Shown here one piece after another: positions 60,381 through 64,000 of a stretch of 64,000 bases of DNA. Positions within the stretch are counted from its first letter, which is position 1; each line of letters starts with the position of its first letter. The translations under genes were made by a program, and so were the position numbers. Source of the DNA: a virus (taxonomy: Duplodnaviria > Caudoviricetes); IMG/VR virus record IMGVR_UViG_2871003000_000003, positions 32,001 through 96,000 of that record; one strand, written 5' to 3'. The notes below the pieces were generated by a model. That model had not been told where the DNA came from. It made no database searches and saw nothing but the letters and a program-made list of their open reading frames with translations.

Positions 60381-61904
60381 CTATGCTTTATGTCCACCAA
60401 TTTGATTATTCCTATCTATTGCAGTAGCTCCTTCTTGTAAACTCATACCTTTTAAAATTGCATTTTTCCCAAATTTTTTCTTGATATCCAAGATAGCTTT
60501 CTGAATATCTTTTTCTTTTTTAAGTTGTTCCTGGTCTACTGCATCTTCCTTTTCAGAAATCATATCAAATAAATTAAGCTGTTCATATCTATCCTGTTTC
60601 GCTTCCTTTTCGCTGATCACATGATTTGCAGACATATTGATTCTTCTGACAAGTAAATTTTCGTCTACAATTCTACTGAATAAATCAAGCACAGCTCTTA
60701 CAATCACGCTAGTAGAAGACGTATAACTATCTAAATTTACTGTTCCATGAGCATGTTTTGGAATTTTTCTCCCATATTGATCAAAAGAGAACTCTCCCTT
60801 ATACTTACTCATTCTGGAAGAATCTAATAGATTTTCTCTATCGTAGCCAATCGTTAATACAATCTGATCCGTTACAAGATTCTTACTAACCAAATCTAAG
60901 ACCAGCATCTCAGTCATTTCACGCACAATAATTTTCGTTTTATCAAAATCAGTTCCACAGTGTAAAACCTGTCCGCTTCCAATACTATTGCTCTCCGGCT
61001 TATATGCTTTTATATCTGAAATTGTAACCGGTTCATAACCCCATGCATGGTCAATCAAAAGCTCTGTATTTTTACCAAACATTCTACGCAGCAAGTCTTC
61101 ATTATAATAATCTGACTCTTTTCCAAGAGAACATCTTGCGATATCGCCCATTGTATATAGTCCTACAGATTCTAATTTTTTAATATACCCTCTACCTACT
61201 CGCCAAAAATCAGTCAATGGTTTATGTTCCCATAGCTTCTCTCGATATGACTTTTCATCCAATTCTGCAATTCTCACACCATTTTCATCTGCAGGTATAT
61301 GTTTGGCAACAATATCCATTGCTATTTTACAAAGATACAAATTAGTTCCTATTCCTGCGGTTGCAGTAATTCCAGTTGTATTCAAGACATCCAATATCAT
61401 CTTCTGTGCAAGTTCTTTTGCGGATAATCCATACGTATTCAAATAAGAAGTCACATCCATAAATACTTCATCAATAGAATATACATGGATATCTTCAGGA
61501 GCAACATATTTCAAATAGATATTATAAATCCTTGTGCTATATTTCATATAAAAAGCCATACGTGGTGGAGCCACAATATAATCAACTTTTAAATCCGGAT
61601 TTGTATCAAGAATTTTTTTACTATATGACTGTCCGGGAAACTCATTCTTTTTCAATCGATATAATCTTGTTGCATTAATTTCTTGCACCCGCTGCACAAC
61701 CTCAAATAATCTTGGTCTTCCAGATATACCATATGATTTCAAAGACGGCGTTACTGCAAGACAAATTGTTTTCTCTGTACGACTGTTGTCTGCAACAACT
61801 AAATTCGTATCCATTGGATCCAAGCCACGTTCTATACACTCCACTGACGCGTAAAAACTTTTTAGATCAATCGCAATATATGACTTATTATTCATGCAGC
61901 ACAC
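60381..61904 (-). CDS. Y-family (ImpB/MucB/UmuC-like) error-prone DNA polymerase
   Basis: IDLKSFYASVEC, PRMAFY, YSIDEVFMD, GIGTNLYL, DFWRVGRG, IGGHKA. Confidence 0.93.
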   Translation of the reverse strand: MCCMNNKSYIAIDLKSFYASVECIERGLDPMDTNLVVADNSRTEKTICLAVTPSLKSYGISGRPRLFEVVQRVQEINATRLYRLKKNEFPGQSYSKKILDTNPDLKVDYIVAPPRMAFYMKYSTRIYNIYLKYVAPEDIHVYSIDEVFMDVTSYLNTYGLSAKELAQKMILDVLNTTGITATAGIGTNLYLCKIAMDIVAKHIPADENGVRIAELDEKSYREKLWEHKPLTDFWRVGRGYIKKLESVGLYTMGDIARCSLGKESDYYNEDLLRRMFGKNTELLIDHAWGYEPVTISDIKAYKPESNSIGSGQVLHCGTDFDKTKIIVREMTEMLVLDLVSKNLVTDQIVLTIGYDRENLLDSSRMSKYKGEFSFDQYGRKIPKHAHGTVNLDSYTSSTSVIVRAVLDLFSRIVDENLLVRRINMSANHVISEKEAKQDRYEQLNLFDMISEKEDAVDQEQLKKEKDIQKAILDIKKKFGKNAILKGMSLQEGATAIDRNNQIGGHKA

Positions 61905-61955
61905 CTCCTACTATATGTATCATAACAAAAAATTTAAAATTTATCCATATAAAAT

Positions 61956-61969
61956 CGAAAGTATGTTTG
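61956..61969. promoter_or_regulatory. LexA box upstream of the Y-family polymerase
   Basis: CGAAAGTATGTTTG, near-consensus CGAAC-N4-GTTYG. Confidence 0.6.
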
Positions 61970-62221
61970 CTTTGTTATGTGTCTGTATCAAATAAAACAA
62001 AAAGAGCAGATTAGAATTCTAATGAACTCTTCTGCTCTTTCTGTTTTTAGCAACTATAAAATAAATTATAATTACTATTTATTACTACTCTAAAACACCT
62101 ACAATTTACAATTATAATACTATACTTTCATATTTTTATCAAGATATTTTTACATATTTCGACAAAATCCCCTTTTTTTCTAAAAACACATCAAATTAAT
62201 TAGAATGTACTACCGCTATAT

Positions 62222-62719
62222 TTAAAACTCAATTCTACAATGCAACATTATCTTTAATGGTTTATACATTTTTGAATGAAAAATTTGCGGATCAGGAAGA
62301 TCAAATTCTTGATCCACTCCTAAATCTGTTTCTCTAAGTACAGTCCCTACAACCTTCATTGACATTCCATTTTCTTCAGCTAATTTATTTATATGATGAA
62401 CATAGCCATCATAATATCCGATTCCTTCAAATTTAAATTGTACTTTTGTTTCTATCATTCTGTTTTCAGAAAATGACAAATCCTCTACAATAGGACGAGA
62501 AAATTTATTTAAATAACATTCCTCATAGAAAGAAATAATCCTTTTGCCATCTTCTGTAATATACTTACCCTCTTTTGCCTTTTCTTTTATATCGCTTTTA
62601 ACTTCCATGAAATCATATTCAGCAAACTTCATACCATATTGATAATCATCTTGATACTTTTCTGTAGCAGCTTCCTCCGGTGTTTTTGATATTTCATTTA
62701 ATTCATCCAAAAAACTCAT
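62222..62719 (-). CDS. hypothetical protein
   Basis: ORF with GGAG RBS. Confidence 0.55.
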   Translation of the reverse strand: MSFLDELNEISKTPEEAATEKYQDDYQYGMKFAEYDFMEVKSDIKEKAKEGKYITEDGKRIISFYEECYLNKFSRPIVEDLSFSENRMIETKVQFKFEGIGYYDGYVHHINKLAEENGMSMKVVGTVLRETDLGVDQEFDLPDPQIFHSKMYKPLKIMLHCRIEF

Positions 62720-63276
62720 AGTACTACTCTCCTATTCCTTTTGATATTTACATAGTAGCACAATACTATGAATTTTTATAGAAATTTTTAAATCGTTAAG
62801 AGAATTAAAGTATGAAACAAAGAAACCGTTCAAATATTTTTAATAATAAAGGGAGAAATGATATGAGCAAATTGTAAATAATGATTTAAGAAAATAAGGA
62901 TTTAATGAAGAAGCATAAAAGAAATTATAAAAAATTTTTCTATTTCAATTTAAATTGTATCTTTGCGTCAGCAAAGACTTTGCGAAGCAAAGTGAAACGG
63001 AGACACGAAGAAAGGGTCGCTTGCGGCTCTTTCTGAAGTGGATCCAACATTACCTAGATCTCTCTATATATAAGGAATTACGAATTTATATCAAAAAAAT
63101 TATTTATAAAGAGAGAATTATTAACTGGGGGAAGGAAGACCAAATTCATAAGTCTTACTACGCACCTTGTTCGCCAAGGCTCACAATCTGCTAGTGCGAC
63201 TAAATGAATTATGCTCTTTTTTGCACTTCCCCCAGACCCCCTTCGCGCACTATAAAATGGATAAAAAATTCAATTA

Positions 63277-63406
63277 AAATCTCTCTAAACCCTTATAAAC
63301 ACTGGGTTTTTGACGAAAAACATCCTTTAAAGTCTCCCTATATTATATATATATTAGGGAGAAATGAAAGGATGCGAAATCTCTCTAAACCCTTATAAAC
63401 ACTGGG
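63277..63406 (+). repeat. two 30-bp direct repeats 100 bp apart flanking an AT-rich palindrome (iteron-like)
   Basis: AAATCTCTCTAAACCCTTATAAACACTGGG at 63277 and 63377; TCTCCCTA-(AT-rich)-TAGGGAGA at 63333-63362. Confidence 0.75.
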
Positions 63407-63464
63407 AAAATTGGCATTTTAGGTGTGCAAAAAACGATAAAAAACTAATTTAAGGAGAAAACAC

Positions 63465-64000
63465 GTGAACAAATTAAATATCAAAAAAGGGAAAATTACA
63501 GAAAAAAAATTAGTAGAGCTATATGGGAGTGATGCGCAGAAAAAATCATATAAAGAAAATGGACGTTTTATAAGTAACTATAAAAAGACTTTACTTACAA
63601 AAATGTCTCGATATTGTAACATTGAAGATTTAGGTGGCAGAACATATAGAATCAAAAAAGTATATGACTATCCTCTTCCATCAAATTTCAATAAGATGAC
63701 AAAATCATTATATCAATATATTGTTCCTCTTCTACTTACTAACTTAATTAATGGTCACGACGAAAATAACAAAATAGATATAACAGTTGGAAAATGGGCG
63801 AGAGAAATTAATATGGTAAATAAAAATTATAATCTTGTTAAATACAACAGAGAAGATACGAGTAAAGAAACGCAGTGTTCTTTAGATACTATAAATGAAT
63901 TTTATGACAAAGCTGATGACATGATTGAATGGTACATAACAAATGCACTTGATTATTTAAAATCTGCAGGATTAGTTATCTGGAGAGAGGTTTATAGAGT
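63465..64000 (+). CDS. hypothetical protein, partial (candidate replication initiator)
   Basis: GTG start with AAGGAG RBS, open to the window end; function inferred only from adjacent repeats. Confidence 0.5.
   Translation, partial: MNKLNIKKGKITEKKLVELYGSDAQKKSYKENGRFISNYKKTLLTKMSRYCNIEDLGGRTYRIKKVYDYPLPSNFNKMTKSLYQYIVPLLLTNLINGHDENNKIDITVGKWAREINMVNKNYNLVKYNREDTSKETQCSLDTINEFYDKADDMIEWYITNALDYLKSAGLVIWREVYR

Overview
AT-rich Firmicute (Clostridia/Lachnospiraceae-like) mobile DNA, most consistent with the early/accessory region of a large temperate phage or phage-plasmid. About 53 kb of short, tightly packed minus-strand ORFs; no capsid/tail or host housekeeping genes. Functional calls come from motifs read by eye, not database searches. 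Recognisable genes: TerD, P-type Ca-ATPase, RNA ligase + kinase/HD pair, three DNA methyltransferases (one circularly permuted), a Vsr/EDxHD-type endonuclease, DUF262 and ParB-like proteins, orphan MazF and HipA-like toxins, a tyrosine recombinase, several HTH regulators, UmuC/YolD, LexA boxes and DnaA boxes. The standout locus (29.6-33.7 kb) is one co-oriented run: DGR target gene with VR - avd - TR - C-terminally truncated DGR reverse transcriptase, whose stop overlaps the start of a TnpB/Cas12f-like RuvC nuclease (frameshifted here), followed by a type I-C-like leader and a 5-repeat CRISPR array, with no cas1/cas2 in the window. The same TR also matches a second target about 16.5 kb away. 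Separately, an 18-bp palindrome (ATGAAA-N6-TTTCAT consensus) recurs at about 20 gene junctions, suggesting a cassette-shuffling or stoperator system.
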